NCBI RefSeq assembly: GCF_016432865.1
Contig: NC_067398.1
Coordinates: forward strand, 167,896,001-167,960,000
Direction of reading: 5' to 3'
Source of the DNA: Antechinus flavipes
Taxonomy: Eukaryota
DNA: 64,000 bases
Part shown: positions 63,601 to 64,000 of the stretch, piece by piece
How positions within the stretch are numbered: the stretch's first letter is position 1
How the letters are laid out: the number at the start of each line of letters is the position of its first letter
Position numbers and translations under genes: made by a program
Notes under the pieces: generated by a model
Databases searched by the model: none
The model's input: only the letters and a program-made list of their open reading frames with translations
Told to the model about the DNA's origin: nothing

Positions 63601-64000
63601 CTAAGGAAGAATTCAGGAGGTCTGGAGCTACAAAGGCCTGAGATTTAGTTTAATCAGAACTATAGGAATGAATGGGAAAAAGGAAAGATGAAAGAAGTTA
63701 GGAATGAAGGGAAGATCAAACATGGAGGGAGATTAGCATGGGATGCCACAATCTAGAGTTCCAAGAGTGATGGATAAATGAAGAAAATCACCTGCTCGTG
63801 GAGTCCCCAAAAAGAGCTGTTCCCTACATTTCTTAGTTTCAAAGGAAAAGGAGGCTGAAAGGAAAGGACCAATCCTTTATACATAAACTTTCACATCTAG
63901 AGTAAATTCCCAGGGCATCCAGAAGTGTGTAAAACAAATTCCCTTTTGGTCTCCATGAAAGCATAACTTATTCAACAGAATATATAAAAGATCCATTTAT

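Noticed and set aside
1-64000. CRISPR arrays, operons, CpG island, rRNA genes, intact ERV
   Set aside because: No spacer-repeat array, no dense ORFs, no extended CpG-rich region, and no rRNA-like or LTR/gag/pol sequence was seen.

Overview
Eukaryotic, AT-rich, strongly CpG-depleted mammalian DNA with four N gaps. The repeat complement points to a marsupial, most likely a dasyurid such as the Tasmanian devil (inference): WSINE1-type and Mar1-type CORE-SINEs, RTE-related SINEs, marsupial L1 3' ends, abundant L2, L3/CR1 and MIR, and a few hAT remnants. I could not recognise any protein-coding gene. Almost all ORFs in the track come from microsatellites, low-complexity tracts, N runs or decayed LINEs; the only recognisable proteins are L1 ORF2 C-terminal fragments. 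The window looks like a large intron or intergenic region, with a few isolated exon-like segments (best: minus strand 51466-51587) and several motif-dense non-repeat islands. The most distinctive structures are an inverted duplication at 10.7/11.5 kb, a SINE and an L1 sharing one triplicated 16-bp target site at 43.1-44.5 kb, and local duplications at 53.5-55.3 kb. I found no evidence of a new multi-gene system. Repeat families were assigned by eye from remembered consensus motifs, and boundaries of old repeats are approximate.
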